Part shown: piece after piece, positions 48,497 through 58,122 of the stretch
How positions within the stretch are numbered: the first letter of the stretch is position 1
Layout: each line of letters opens with the position of its first letter
Origin: Candidatus Dormiibacterota bacterium
Lineage (GTDB): Bacteria; Chloroflexota; Dormibacteria; Aeolococcales; Aeolococcaceae
Direction of reading: 5' to 3'
Assembly (NCBI GenBank): GCA_049582105.1
Contig: JBAUTG010000091.1
Span: 13,903 to 77,902, forward strand
Length of the DNA: 64,000 nt
Position numbers and translations under genes: made by a program
The notes under the pieces: model-generated
Database searches by the model: none
Told to the model about the DNA's origin: nothing
What the model saw: only the letters and a program-made list of their open reading frames with translations

Positions 48497-49867
48497 ATGG
48501 CGGAAGTGTTCGAAAGGCTCCAGACCGTGCCGGCGGGCGCAGGCGGTACTGCGTCGCGCAGGCGATTCCACCCGGATGACCGATCGCGCAGGCTCGGCCT
48601 CCTCGTCCTGCGGGCAGCCGCTCTGGCCTCGGTGGTCGCGGGCTTCCTCACGTTCGTGCTTGCCCCGATCCGCGGGACGTTCACCGGCGAGTTCGAGGAC
48701 TTCGGCGCCTACATCGCCGCCGCCCACGCCGTTGCCGGTCACTCGGATATCTACGCGCAGTTCATCCATCAGCCGCCGAACGTCGCGCTCAGCGGCTTCG
48801 ACTACCCGCCGGTCGTGGCCTTCCTCCTGCAACCGCTCGGGTGGGTCCCGGCGAGCGTCGCGGCAACCTTCTGGCTCTGGCTCACGATCGCCTGCACGAC
48901 GGCGGCGGCCGGCATCGCCGCATTCGAGCTGCTGCCGCGCGCGTGGCCGCGCCTCGAGCTCACCGCCCTCGCGAGCTTCCTCTACTCGGCCGCGACGTAC
49001 AACTACTGGCACGGGCAGATGAACCCGGTGATCTTCCTCCTGCTCGCGCTTGCGTTGCGCTCGTGGCTCCACGGGCAGCAGACGCGGTTCGGGATCCTCA
49101 TCGGAGTCGCCGCGTCGATCAAGCTCGCGCCGATCATCCTGGTCGTGCTCATGGTGCGGCGCGGCTGGTGGCAGGCCGCCATCGCATGCGCGGCGACGGT
49201 GACTGCGGGTCTCGTCGCCGGTATCGCGGTTCTCGGGTTCTCGACGCTCCACGAGTACGTCACCGGCGTCCTGCCGGTTCTCTCCGCCCAGGACGGGTGG
49301 CTCTACAACCAGTCGGTGAGTGGCGTGCTCAACCGGCTTGCGGGCCACGCCGTGCTCACACCGCAGCCCGCCTCGCTCGTCATCACGCTCGTGACCTACG
49401 CCGTCCTCGCCCTGATGCTGGCGATGCTGTTCCTCGCCGTCTCTCCCGGCATGCGCAGCGTGCGGCAGCGCGGCGCGGAGTTCGCTGCTGCGACGCTGCT
49501 CATGCTCCTTGCAGGCACGGTGACGTGGTACCCGCACTACGTCAGCGCGATCATCGCCGTGTTCGCCGCGATGGCGATTCTCGCCACGCAGCCTGCGCAC
49601 CGGTCTCGTGCGCTCCTCTGGTCCACCGTGGTGTTTGTCGCATCGACGGCGCTGCTCGCCCCGGTGCTCATCGCCAACGTCACGTCGTGGACGCAGCTCG
49701 CCTCGCTGAGCCACTCACCGTTCTGGTGGTTGCTCACCCAGATCGCATCGCTGCCGGCGCTCGGCGCCGCGGCGATGTTCGTGGCATTCACGGTCACGCT
49801 GCGACGCTCGACGCTCGCACCCGTTCCACAACCCGCGGTGCGCACCGAGGTTGCCTCGGTCACGTAG
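48497..49867 (+). CDS. Glycosyltransferase family 87 / DUF2029 polytopic membrane protein
   Basis: About 11 TM helices and a DUF2029-like layout (FDYPPVVAF..., GILIGVAASIKLAPI). Internal ATG start (MAEVFERL). Confidence 0.55.
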   Translation: MAEVFERLQTVPAGAGGTASRRRFHPDDRSRRLGLLVLRAAALASVVAGFLTFVLAPIRGTFTGEFEDFGAYIAAAHAVAGHSDIYAQFIHQPPNVALSGFDYPPVVAFLLQPLGWVPASVAATFWLWLTIACTTAAAGIAAFELLPRAWPRLELTALASFLYSAATYNYWHGQMNPVIFLLLALALRSWLHGQQTRFGILIGVAASIKLAPIILVVLMVRRGWWQAAIACAATVTAGLVAGIAVLGFSTLHEYVTGVLPVLSAQDGWLYNQSVSGVLNRLAGHAVLTPQPASLVITLVTYAVLALMLAMLFLAVSPGMRSVRQRGAEFAAATLLMLLAGTVTWYPHYVSAIIAVFAAMAILATQPAHRSRALLWSTVVFVASTALLAPVLIANVTSWTQLASLSHSPFWWLLTQIASLPALGAAAMFVAFTVTLRRSTLAPVPQPAVRTEVASVT

Positions 49868-49876
49868 GGTGCGAGG

Positions 49877-50407
49877 ATGCGCGACGACCATGTCGACATC
49901 CACCCCGTGCGCGACGGCGAGCACGCCCGCGCCGGTGAGGTAACCGTCAACGCCTATCGGGAGTTCGCCACACCGCACTCGCCGACCTGGGACGCGTACC
50001 TGCTGAGGATCGGCGATGTCGCGGGACGCTCCGAGCACGCGACGGTCCTGGTGGCGACCACCGGCGGTGTGGTCGCGGGATCGGCGACCCTCGAGATCGA
50101 CCGCCGCATGAACCCGGCATCCACGGAGCCGCTCGCCCCCGACGAGGCGCATCTCCGCATGCTCGGCGTCGACCCCGGTCTGCAGGGGCGAGGCATCGGC
50201 AGGAGCCTCGTGCTGGCCTGCATCGAGCTCGCTCGCGGGCGTGGCAAGCGCCGGCTCACGCTCGGCACCGGTCCCGCGATGACCGCGGCGCAGCAGCTCT
50301 ACACCGCGCTGGGGTTCACCTTCGAGGGCGAGCGCGACACGCCGGACGGCGTGCATCTCCTCCGGTACACGCTCGACATCGGCGCAGACCCGCAGGCGAC
50401 GCGCTAG
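49877..50407 (+). CDS. GNAT family N-acetyltransferase
   Basis: Acetyl-CoA binding motif QGRGIGRSL with an adjacent C-terminal GF motif. Confidence 0.7.
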   Translation: MRDDHVDIHPVRDGEHARAGEVTVNAYREFATPHSPTWDAYLLRIGDVAGRSEHATVLVATTGGVVAGSATLEIDRRMNPASTEPLAPDEAHLRMLGVDPGLQGRGIGRSLVLACIELARGRGKRRLTLGTGPAMTAAQQLYTALGFTFEGERDTPDGVHLLRYTLDIGADPQATR

Positions 50408-50415
50408 GCTCGTCG

Positions 50416-51415
50416 CGTGCCAGGCGTGTACGAGAAGGGAGAGAAAGAGCTTCGTGTCATCAAGCTCTTCACGCGCCTGTGCGAAACCGAGGTCGGGCTC
50501 ACCACGCGTCAACTCGCCGATGAGCTGGAGGTGCACTCGCGCACCGTCCAGCGCTACGTGGCCACGCTCCGCGACCGCGCCGGCATCGACGTCGAGGAGA
50601 CCGACGGGCGGTGGCGGATCGGCAAGCGCAGCCTCCTCCCGCCGCTACAGCTCGACCGCTACCAGGCGACCCTGGTGCTCGTGGCGCTCCGTCTGCTGCA
50701 GCAGATGCGCACCGAGCAGGATCCTGCGCTGATCGGCGCGCTCGCCCATCTGTCACGGGCGTTGAGCGTTCCCACCGTGAGCGAGTACCTGCGGCGGACC
50801 CTCGCCGCCGCCGAGCGGCGCGTACCGGCGGCGGAACGCATCGGCGTAGAGCGCGCCGTCATCGACGGGTTCGTCCTGCACCGCGAGGTCGAGGTGCGCT
50901 ACGTCGACGCCAAGGGCAACGAGACCAAGCGTGATCTGCGCCCGTACTTCATCGAGCCCCTCGCCGAGGGACGGCACATCTATGTCTTCGCTCGGGATTC
51001 GGCGTCGCGCGAGGTTCGTTCGTTTCGCCTCGACCGGATCCGCACGGCGCGCCTGCTGCCGACGTCGTTCACCGTCCCGGAGGACTTCGACATCGACGCC
51101 GTGCTCGGCGCCGCATGGGCCATCTGGCAGGGCGCAGGCGACGACCACGTCGTGCTCCGGTTTCCGGCGATCGCGCGTCAGTGGGTCGACGAGGCGCTCT
51201 GGCCGGCGGGCATGCGGCGGACCGACCTCAGGAACGGGGAGATCGAGGTGCAGCTCGACGTGGCCAGCGAGGTGGAGATGCGCCCCTGGCTGCTGCGATG
51301 GGGCTCGAACGTCGAGGTGCTGGAGCCGCCATCGCTGCGCGCGCACATGGCCGAGACCCTCGCGGCAGCCGCGGCACTGTACGCGTCGAAATCCGGCAAA
51401 CGGGGTAGAAGATGA
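50416..51415 (+). CDS. WYL-domain transcriptional regulator (HTH-WYL-WCX, PafBC-like)
   Basis: N-terminal HTH (TTRQLADELEVHSRTVQRYV), central WYL domain (VEVRYVDAKGNETKRDLRPYFIEPLAEGRHIYVFA), and a C-terminal extension. The stop overlaps the msrB ATG. Confidence 0.7.
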
Positions 51416-51822
51416 CCACGATGGACGAGAAGATCACCCTCACCGACGACGAATGGCGTCAGCGCCTGACGCCTGAGCAGTACGCGGTGCTCCGCAAGTC
51501 GAGCACCGAGCGCCCCTTCACCGGTCAGTACGTCCACGTTGACGACGCGGGCATCTATCGCTGCGCCGGCTGCGGCGCGGAGCTGTTCAGCTCCGACACG
51601 AAGTTCGACTCCGGCACCGGCTGGCCGAGCTTCTACGAACCGTTGAAGGCAGGTGTCGTCGAGGAGCACCGTGACTGGAGCATGCTCATCCCGCGCACGG
51701 AGATCCGCTGCGCGAAGTGCGGTGGCCACCTCGGCCACGTCTTCCCGGACGGCCCGGCGCCCACGGGTCAGCGGTACTGCATGAACTCCTGCGCCCTCTC
51801 CCTCGACAAGCGCAAGGGCTGA
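51412..51822 (+). CDS. msrB: Peptide-methionine (R)-S-oxide reductase
   Basis: Two CxxC zinc motifs (CAGCG, CAKCGG) and catalytic RxEIRCxxC...GHVF region. Confidence 0.85.
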   Translation: MTTMDEKITLTDDEWRQRLTPEQYAVLRKSSTERPFTGQYVHVDDAGIYRCAGCGAELFSSDTKFDSGTGWPSFYEPLKAGVVEEHRDWSMLIPRTEIRCAKCGGHLGHVFPDGPAPTGQRYCMNSCALSLDKRKG

Positions 51823-51855
51823 TTCGCGATCGAGCCCTCGGCGCGGGCTCGCGCA

Positions 51856-53871
51856 GTGCTCGAGCAGACCTTCGGCTTCGCGGACTTCCGTCCGGGACAG
51901 GCCGATGTCGTGGCCGCCTCCGAGGCCAACGCTGACGTTCTCTTCGTCGCACCGACCGGCTCCGGCAAGAGCATCGCCTACTGGATCCCGGGGATCGTCG
52001 GCGGCGGTCTCACGATCGTCGTCTCACCGCTGATCGCGCTGATGGTCGACCAGGTCGCGCGTCTCAACGAGCTCGGGATCCCCGCCGCATGCCTGCACAG
52101 CCAGGTGAGTGCCGCGACCCGCGCCGAGGCGCTGCGCGCGGCAGGCGCCGGCGAGCTCCGCTTTCTGTACCTCGCACCGGAGCGCATCGGCGCTCCCGGG
52201 TTTCTCGACAGCCTGGCGCGGCTCGCGGTCGGCCACTTCGTCGTCGACGAGGCGCACTGCATCTCCAGCTGGGGCCACGACTTCCGCCCCGACTATCGAC
52301 GGCTCGGCGACGCCATCACCGCATGCGGCCGCCCGCCTGTGGGTGCGTTCACCGCGACCGCGACCCCACGCGTTCGTGCCGACATCGCGGCGAGCCTCGG
52401 ATTGCATGCGCCGGTCGAGCGTGTCACCGGGTTCGTGCGCGAGAACCTCACGATGTCGGTGATCCGATGCCGCGGCGTTGGCGACAAGCGCAACGCGCTG
52501 CTCGGACTCGTGCGTCAGGGCGATGGTCGGGCACTGGTCTACTGCGGGAGCAGACGGACGACGGACAGCGTCACCGAGCTGCTTGCGGGAGAGGGCATCT
52601 CGGTCGCCTCATATCACGGGGCGCTCGACGGCGATGCGCGCCAGATCGTGCACACCGGGTTCGGGGAAGGACGGTTGCAGGTGATCGTCGCGACGTCGGC
52701 GTTCGGGATGGGCGTCGACTTCCCCGACATCCGCCAGGTCATCCATCACGACTTTCCCGGCAGCATCGAGGAGTATTACCAGCAGGCGGGACGCGCCGGG
52801 CGTGATGGCGAACCGTCGACATGCACGCTGCTCTACAACGCCGCGGACCGTCAGCTCCAGGAGTTCTTCATCGAGCAGGCATACCCGGAGCGCGACACCG
52901 TGCGTGCCGTGTACCGCGAGCTGCTGCGCGAGGGATCCGATGCGATCGACGACTGGGGGAAACGTGGCGTCGGCGTCAACGAGGCGCGCGCGGCTCTCGA
53001 CCTGCTGCGCCGTGCTGATGTGATCCAGCCCGACGGCAGCATCCGCCGTCTCACCGGCGCGCCGGTCGACTTCGACGAGCAGGCGCTGCTCAAGGCGAAT
53101 GCGTACGCGCGGGTGAACCAGGTGATGGAGTACGCAACATCGCGCGGTTGCCGGCACGCGCGCATCGCCGACTACTTCGGCGAGGAGGGCGTTGCGCGGA
53201 CCTGCAACGCCTGCGACAACTGCCTGGAAGGGGACCGGACGCCGCTCGCAACGATTGACCCCGTCGATGTCGGCGCGGCGCTCGCCTGCGTGGCGCGGTT
53301 CGACGGGCATCTGGGTGTCGTCCGCATCGCGTCGATCCTCCGTGGTGCCACCGATGCGTGGACGACATCGCGCCAGTGGGTCACGGAGTTGCCCTTCTTC
53401 GGTGCGCTGCGCACCTGGGATGTCGACCGGATCCGCGATCTGCTCGAGCGCCTCGTGGAACTGGGATGCGTGAGCCGCGGCCACGGCGAGAAGCCGACGC
53501 TGGGCATCACAGCAGCCGGCTCGGCGGTACTCCGAGGCGACGACACGATCGAGGTCGACGTACGCGCAAACCGCCACCCCGCTGCGTCCAGCCGGACGCG
53601 CACGCGTACGAAAGAACCCCTCACGACACAGGCAACGACTCCCGAGGTCGCCTCGAGGTTCGATGCATTGCGCCGCTGGCGTCTGGAGATCGCGCGAAGC
53701 ACCGACATGCCGCCGTTTGTCGTCTTCCACGACAAGACGCTACTCGAGATCGCGCACCGCAATCCCGCGTCGGTCAACGCGCTGGCAGCGATTCCCGGGG
53801 TCGGACCAGCCAAGCTCGAGCGCTACGGAGCGCAACTACTCTCAGCCCTGCGCGACGGGTCGACGAACTAG
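51856..53871 (+). CDS. recQ: ATP-dependent DNA helicase RecQ
   Basis: Helicase motifs APTGSGKS and DEAHCISSWGHDFRP, RecQ C-terminal Zn module (CRHARIADYFGE...CNACDNC) and HRDC domain. GTG start. Confidence 0.85.
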   Translation: MLEQTFGFADFRPGQADVVAASEANADVLFVAPTGSGKSIAYWIPGIVGGGLTIVVSPLIALMVDQVARLNELGIPAACLHSQVSAATRAEALRAAGAGELRFLYLAPERIGAPGFLDSLARLAVGHFVVDEAHCISSWGHDFRPDYRRLGDAITACGRPPVGAFTATATPRVRADIAASLGLHAPVERVTGFVRENLTMSVIRCRGVGDKRNALLGLVRQGDGRALVYCGSRRTTDSVTELLAGEGISVASYHGALDGDARQIVHTGFGEGRLQVIVATSAFGMGVDFPDIRQVIHHDFPGSIEEYYQQAGRAGRDGEPSTCTLLYNAADRQLQEFFIEQAYPERDTVRAVYRELLREGSDAIDDWGKRGVGVNEARAALDLLRRADVIQPDGSIRRLTGAPVDFDEQALLKANAYARVNQVMEYATSRGCRHARIADYFGEEGVARTCNACDNCLEGDRTPLATIDPVDVGAALACVARFDGHLGVVRIASILRGATDAWTTSRQWVTELPFFGALRTWDVDRIRDLLERLVELGCVSRGHGEKPTLGITAAGSAVLRGDDTIEVDVRANRHPAASSRTRTRTKEPLTTQATTPEVASRFDALRRWRLEIARSTDMPPFVVFHDKTLLEIAHRNPASVNALAAIPGVGPAKLERYGAQLLSALRDGSTN

Positions 53872-53905
53872 GCGATTCGCAGCGCCGATCACCAAGCGCA
53901 AAGGG

Positions 53906-54385
53906 TCAGGCGGATAGGGTCACGCTCCAGGAGTACGTCTTCCCGGTTGCGATGTCGGTATACGTGCCGGACAAGGTGCTGCCGGACAAGGTCCCCGAAA
54001 AGACCACTCCGCTGCCCCTCAGAGTGATCGTGCTACCTGTCAGACTGCCCCTGATGTCGAGGGGCTTGCCGGGTGGTGACGGTGGTGACCACGGCATCAA
54101 CGTCCCATCGAGCCCGTCGGCGGTCTGCGTCAATGTGAGAGTACAGAAGCCGTTGGGCGTGCCACTACACGTTCCCGACCACGTTCCGCTCAGGTCGAGC
54201 GGGGGTTGAGACGCCGTCGGCGTCGATGAGGGAGCGGACGATGGAACCGGTGCGAGTTGCGTCGGCGCGTCGTTGGGGGGACGTTGCAGGACGGCGATCA
54301 GCACACCTCCCGTCGCGATGACCCCGACGAGCACCGCGAGCGCGGCCGCCGACCTCCATCTACGTCCGAGCGGTTCGCCTTCCAT
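53906..54385 (-). CDS. Hypothetical membrane-anchored beta-rich protein
   Basis: Single N-terminal TM followed by a Pro/Ser linker and Gly/Thr/Ser beta-strand repeats (GTLSGSTLSGTYT). Lies in a locally lower-GC segment. Confidence 0.4.
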   Translation of the reverse strand: MEGEPLGRRWRSAAALAVLVGVIATGGVLIAVLQRPPNDAPTQLAPVPSSAPSSTPTASQPPLDLSGTWSGTCSGTPNGFCTLTLTQTADGLDGTLMPWSPPSPPGKPLDIRGSLTGSTITLRGSGVVFSGTLSGSTLSGTYTDIATGKTYSWSVTLSA

Positions 54386-54540
54386 GACGTCGACGATAAG
54401 GCGCTCGCCGACGAATGGAGCATGGAGCGCGCTGCTGCAGCCGGTTCCGTACCACTACCTGCGACGTCACTTCGGCTCGCTCGGTCACAAGCACCGGCCG
54501 ACCTGACGTACGGTCAAAGACCGGAGCCGAAGCGTCCGGT

Positions 54541-55020
54541 CTACACCGGGATGTGGCAGGTGGCGGCGATGCCGCGCCGGGTGAAGTACTTCTGGTGGTA
54601 CTCCTCGGCGTCCCAGAACTTCGCGGCCGGCACGATCTCGGTGACGATCGGGCGCCGGTAGCGTCCGGATGCATCGAGCTTCGCCTTCGAGGCGACCGCG
54701 GCAGCCTCCTGCTCCGGCGAGTGGAAGAAGATCACCGACCGGTAGTTGTCGCCGATATCCGGACCCTGGCGGTTCAGCTGCGTCGGGTCGTGGTTCATCC
54801 AGAAGATGTCGAGTAGTGCGTCGTAGCTGACCTTTGCCGGGTCGTAGGTGACCTCGACCGCCTCGGCATGACCGGTGCGGTGCGAGCACACATCTTCGTA
54901 GCTCGGCGCTTCGGTGAAGCCGCCCGTGTAGCCGACCTTGGTCCCGGTGACCCCGTCGACCTGCTCGAACACCGATTCCACGCCCCAGAAGCATCCCGCG
55001 CCGAATGTCGCTGTTTCCAT
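54541..55020 (-). CDS. msrA: Peptide-methionine (S)-S-oxide reductase
   Basis: Catalytic GCFWG motif. Internal ATG start ([13 protein letters not shown]). Confidence 0.85.
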   Translation of the reverse strand: METATFGAGCFWGVESVFEQVDGVTGTKVGYTGGFTEAPSYEDVCSHRTGHAEAVEVTYDPAKVSYDALLDIFWMNHDPTQLNRQGPDIGDNYRSVIFFHSPEQEAAAVASKAKLDASGRYRRPIVTEIVPAAKFWDAEEYHQKYFTRRGIAATCHIPV

Positions 55021-55056
55021 GGCCCGAGTATGCCTCGCGCCGCTCTCAGCCAACCA

Positions 55057-56331
55057 TCACGACGCGTGCAGGTCGAGCTTGACCCGGCCGGTCGCGTAGA
55101 CCGGCGGCCAGACGACGACGCTGACGCGCGGCGCCTGCCATTGCCAGACCACCGCCGCGGCACGGATGTTCTGGCCGACCTGGCCCGAGGCCGTCGAGAA
55201 CAGCACACCGCCACCGTTGGGGAGGCTGCCGTTCGGGAGGTCCAGCGACCGCGCTGCGGCGGCGATGCTCGTCGCGCCGACGTCTCCCGCCTGACGGAGC
55301 ACGTCGGCGAAGAGCACCCACGCCGCACTGAACCCGGCGATTCCCTCCTCGCTCGGCAGGTCGCCGGTGCGCTGCTTCCAGAGCGCCGCGAAACGGTCGT
55401 AGAGAGCCCTCGCCTTCGGGTCGAGCGCGTTCGGGTTGAAGTTCGCCTGCGGGCGATCGGACGCGAACACGCCGACGGCGCCGGATCCGAGGACGTTGCC
55501 GAAGTCCTGGTCGCACTGGGCCATCGTCGTGCCCATGAACACCTTCACCTGCAACCCTGCCGCGAGAAAGGCGCGCCGGAACGCGATGCCGTCCTGGATG
55601 TGCGAGGAGAGCACGAGGATGTCCGGTTTCGCCGCGGCCAACGCCTGCATGACCGGCGCCCAGTCCGGTGTGTACGGGTTGTAGACGGACTCCCCGGAGA
55701 TGCGCACGCCGCCCGTCTCCAGGGATGCGCGGGTAGCGTCGGCAACCGAGTGCCCGTACTCGTCGTCTGCGGTGACGAAGTACACGCGAATCCTCGACAC
55801 CGGCCCGAGCTTCGGGACGAGTTGCGTCAGCATGAACTGCCCCGAGTTGGCGCCGAGCTCGGCGCCGTTGACGCCGACACGGAACACCAAGGGCGACCCC
55901 TGCCCGGTGACGCGGTCCGCGACGGCGCCGGTCTCCCAGTACACCATCCCGCCGCCCGCAACCGCCGCCGCGGCGGGGATCGACAACTGTGACGAGTATG
56001 CGCCAATCACGACAGGAACTCCGTCGGCGTTGAGGCTCGACACGGCCGCGGGGATCTGGCTCTGATCCTCGACGTCACGCGGGTCGAGCGCTATCGACCG
56101 GCCGTCGACACCGCCCGACGCGTTGACCATCTGGGCCGCGAGGGTCACACCGAGGTACTCGTCGCTCGAGTCCGGCGCGTCGCTCCCCGCCAGGGGAAAG
56201 ATCGCCCCGATACGGATCGGCACCGGGCCTGCGGCTGCGACGCTCGCACAGGCCGCGGCGACCACCGGGAGGATCAGCGCGCCGATCAGCCCGGCCGGGC
56301 GGGAACGCCTGTCGCGGAGCCGCTGGAGCAC
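55057..56331 (-). CDS. ABC transporter substrate-binding protein (type-I PBP, branched-chain amino-acid-like)
   Basis: Signal peptide plus a periplasmic-binding-protein type 1 fold (LivJ-like). No permease or ATPase is adjacent. Confidence 0.65.
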   Translation of the reverse strand: MLQRLRDRRSRPAGLIGALILPVVAAACASVAAAGPVPIRIGAIFPLAGSDAPDSSDEYLGVTLAAQMVNASGGVDGRSIALDPRDVEDQSQIPAAVSSLNADGVPVVIGAYSSQLSIPAAAAVAGGGMVYWETGAVADRVTGQGSPLVFRVGVNGAELGANSGQFMLTQLVPKLGPVSRIRVYFVTADDEYGHSVADATRASLETGGVRISGESVYNPYTPDWAPVMQALAAAKPDILVLSSHIQDGIAFRRAFLAAGLQVKVFMGTTMAQCDQDFGNVLGSGAVGVFASDRPQANFNPNALDPKARALYDRFAALWKQRTGDLPSEEGIAGFSAAWVLFADVLRQAGDVGATSIAAAARSLDLPNGSLPNGGGVLFSTASGQVGQNIRAAAVVWQWQAPRVSVVVWPPVYATGRVKLDLHAS

Positions 56332-56372
56332 CGGGCGATCTTAACCTGCGCCGTGCTGTGGCCGAGTCCGAG

Positions 56373-57221
56373 CTAGGGCACCTCCAGGCCCATCGGTCGC
56401 CATCCGGTGGCACCGGCGGCTGCTGACGATCCCCTGTCTCGCTGTCGAGCCGCCCATCCCCTTCCCGCCGCGTAGGTTCCAGCACCGATTGACCCGACGA
56501 AGAATCCGATCGGGAGATTGGACAGGTATGCGAGCGCGATGGCCGACCATACCGTTCCGAGTGCGATCAGGACCGACAGGCCCATTGCCGTAAACGGTCG
56601 GTTGGTGAACGACCGGGCGGCAGCGGCCGGGCTGATCAGGAGGCTGAAGATGAGCAGCGCTCCGACGACCGGCACCGCCATCGTCGTGGTGAGTGCGACG
56701 ACCAGAAGGAACACCGCCTCCATCCGCCCGCGGCCGACGCCACGAGCCTCAGCAACGTCGGGCATGACCGACGAGAACATCAGCGGGCGGTACAGGAGCA
56801 ACACAGCGATGATGGAGACCACCCCGATTACCGCGATTGGAACGAGCTCGCTGCTGCTGACACCGAGCACCTCACCGAAGAGGAGCGAGTAGATCACGGG
56901 CGCGTATTCGGTGGTCATCGAAAGGAAGAGCGATCCCAGACCCAGCATCACGACAATCACGAGCGCGGTCGCGACGTCGTGGCGCGCTCGCCGTCCGAGC
57001 GCGGCAATGGTCAGTGCCCCGAGGATCGAAAACACGGCGAGCCCGACGATTGCGTCGACACCGATGAGGCTTGCGCCGGCAGCTCCCGCGAAAGCGCCGT
57101 TGGGCAGCGCGTGTGCGGCGAACGCCGAGCCGCGTAGAACGATGAAGAATCCGACCACGCCCGCGACCACGGCGACGATCGACGCCGACTCCCACGCATT
57201 GAGCATGAGGCCTGAAAACAT
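56373..57221 (-). CDS. Metal ABC transporter permease (ZnuB/MntB-like)
   Basis: ABC-3 family polytopic permease. Internal ATG (MFSGLML) overlapping the upstream permease stop. Confidence 0.7.
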   Translation of the reverse strand: MFSGLMLNAWESASIVAVVAGVVGFFIVLRGSAFAAHALPNGAFAGAAGASLIGVDAIVGLAVFSILGALTIAALGRRARHDVATALVIVVMLGLGSLFLSMTTEYAPVIYSLLFGEVLGVSSSELVPIAVIGVVSIIAVLLLYRPLMFSSVMPDVAEARGVGRGRMEAVFLLVVALTTTMAVPVVGALLIFSLLISPAAAARSFTNRPFTAMGLSVLIALGTVWSAIALAYLSNLPIGFFVGSIGAGTYAAGRGWAARQRDRGSSAAAGATGWRPMGLEVP

Positions 57222-58120
57222 CACCCCGCCACCGTCGCGATCGCCTGGCGCCGGGCGCCGCGGCGCGCTCGAATCCGAAGCTGCGAAGCGAGATAGCCGA
57301 TGAAGATCAGCGTCACGACAAAGAAGCTCACTGGCCAGCCCCCACCGCTTGGGAACCAGTAATAGCTGTCGTAAGCGAGAACGACGCCAAGCCAGGTCGC
57401 GAGCACGCCGATCACCGCAGCAATCAGCGCCGCTCGACCCGGCCTGTTGGTCACACGAAGCGCGGTGGCCGCGGGGCCGATCAGCAACGCCGTCGACAGG
57501 ATCGCCCCGATGGTCACGGCTGAGAGCGACACCGCCAGCGCGAGTGCGGTGAGATAGCCGATCCCAACCAGGCGTACCCGCACGCCCTGCGCCGTGGCGA
57601 GTTCGGAGCTCACCGAACTGAGGATTAACGGTCTGCACATCGAGAGCACGATCCCCGCTGCGACAACGCTGAGGATAACGATCACGGGGACCATCGACGA
57701 GGGCAGCGTGAAGATCGATCCAAAGAGGACATTGACCGTCGCACCACTGGTGCTCGACGACGTCGTGTCCAGGTAGAGGAACAGGGCGGCGAGCCCAAGT
57801 GCCGCACCGAGCACGATGCCGGTTGCGAGGTCGCGTCCACGCGGACGCCGGATCCCGATCCACTCCATCACTCCAGCGGCCACCAGATTCATCGCGACGA
57901 ATCCGAAGAGCGGGCTGATCCCAAGGAGAAACGCTGCCGACCCACCGGCGGTGCCGACGTCAGCCAGCGAGTGACCGGCGAAGGATTGGCCGCGCATCAC
58001 CGTGAACGTGCCCACGATGCCGGAAACCACGGCGACAACACCCCCGACCACCAGCGCCGTCTGCACCGGCAGGTTGGAGAAGAAGCCTGGCTCGAAGAGT
58101 GGTGACAGGAACCCGGCCAT
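57221..58120 (-). CDS. Metal ABC transporter permease (ZnuB/MntB-like), second subunit
   Basis: ABC-3 family polytopic permease, paralogous to the downstream gene. Confidence 0.7.
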   Translation of the reverse strand: MAGFLSPLFEPGFFSNLPVQTALVVGGVVAVVSGIVGTFTVMRGQSFAGHSLADVGTAGGSAAFLLGISPLFGFVAMNLVAAGVMEWIGIRRPRGRDLATGIVLGAALGLAALFLYLDTTSSSTSGATVNVLFGSIFTLPSSMVPVIVILSVVAAGIVLSMCRPLILSSVSSELATAQGVRVRLVGIGYLTALALAVSLSAVTIGAILSTALLIGPAATALRVTNRPGRAALIAAVIGVLATWLGVVLAYDSYYWFPSGGGWPVSFFVVTLIFIGYLASQLRIRARRGARRQAIATVAG

Positions 58121-58122
58121 CG

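Noticed and set aside
48160-48684. 174-aa minus-strand ORF immediately upstream of the nuclease-helicase gene
   Set aside because: It overlaps the 5' end of the glycosyltransferase-87-like gene region and the helicase start. Its translation is Arg/Ala-rich without motifs. A short real leader peptide cannot be excluded, but support is insufficient.
56373-57863. Possibility that 56373-57863 is a single 496-aa protein rather than a 283-aa permease
   Set aside because: The upstream 213 residues are low-complexity (Arg/Asp/Gly-rich) and overlap the second permease gene. The internal ATG at 57221 coincides with that gene's stop, which is typical operon coupling.
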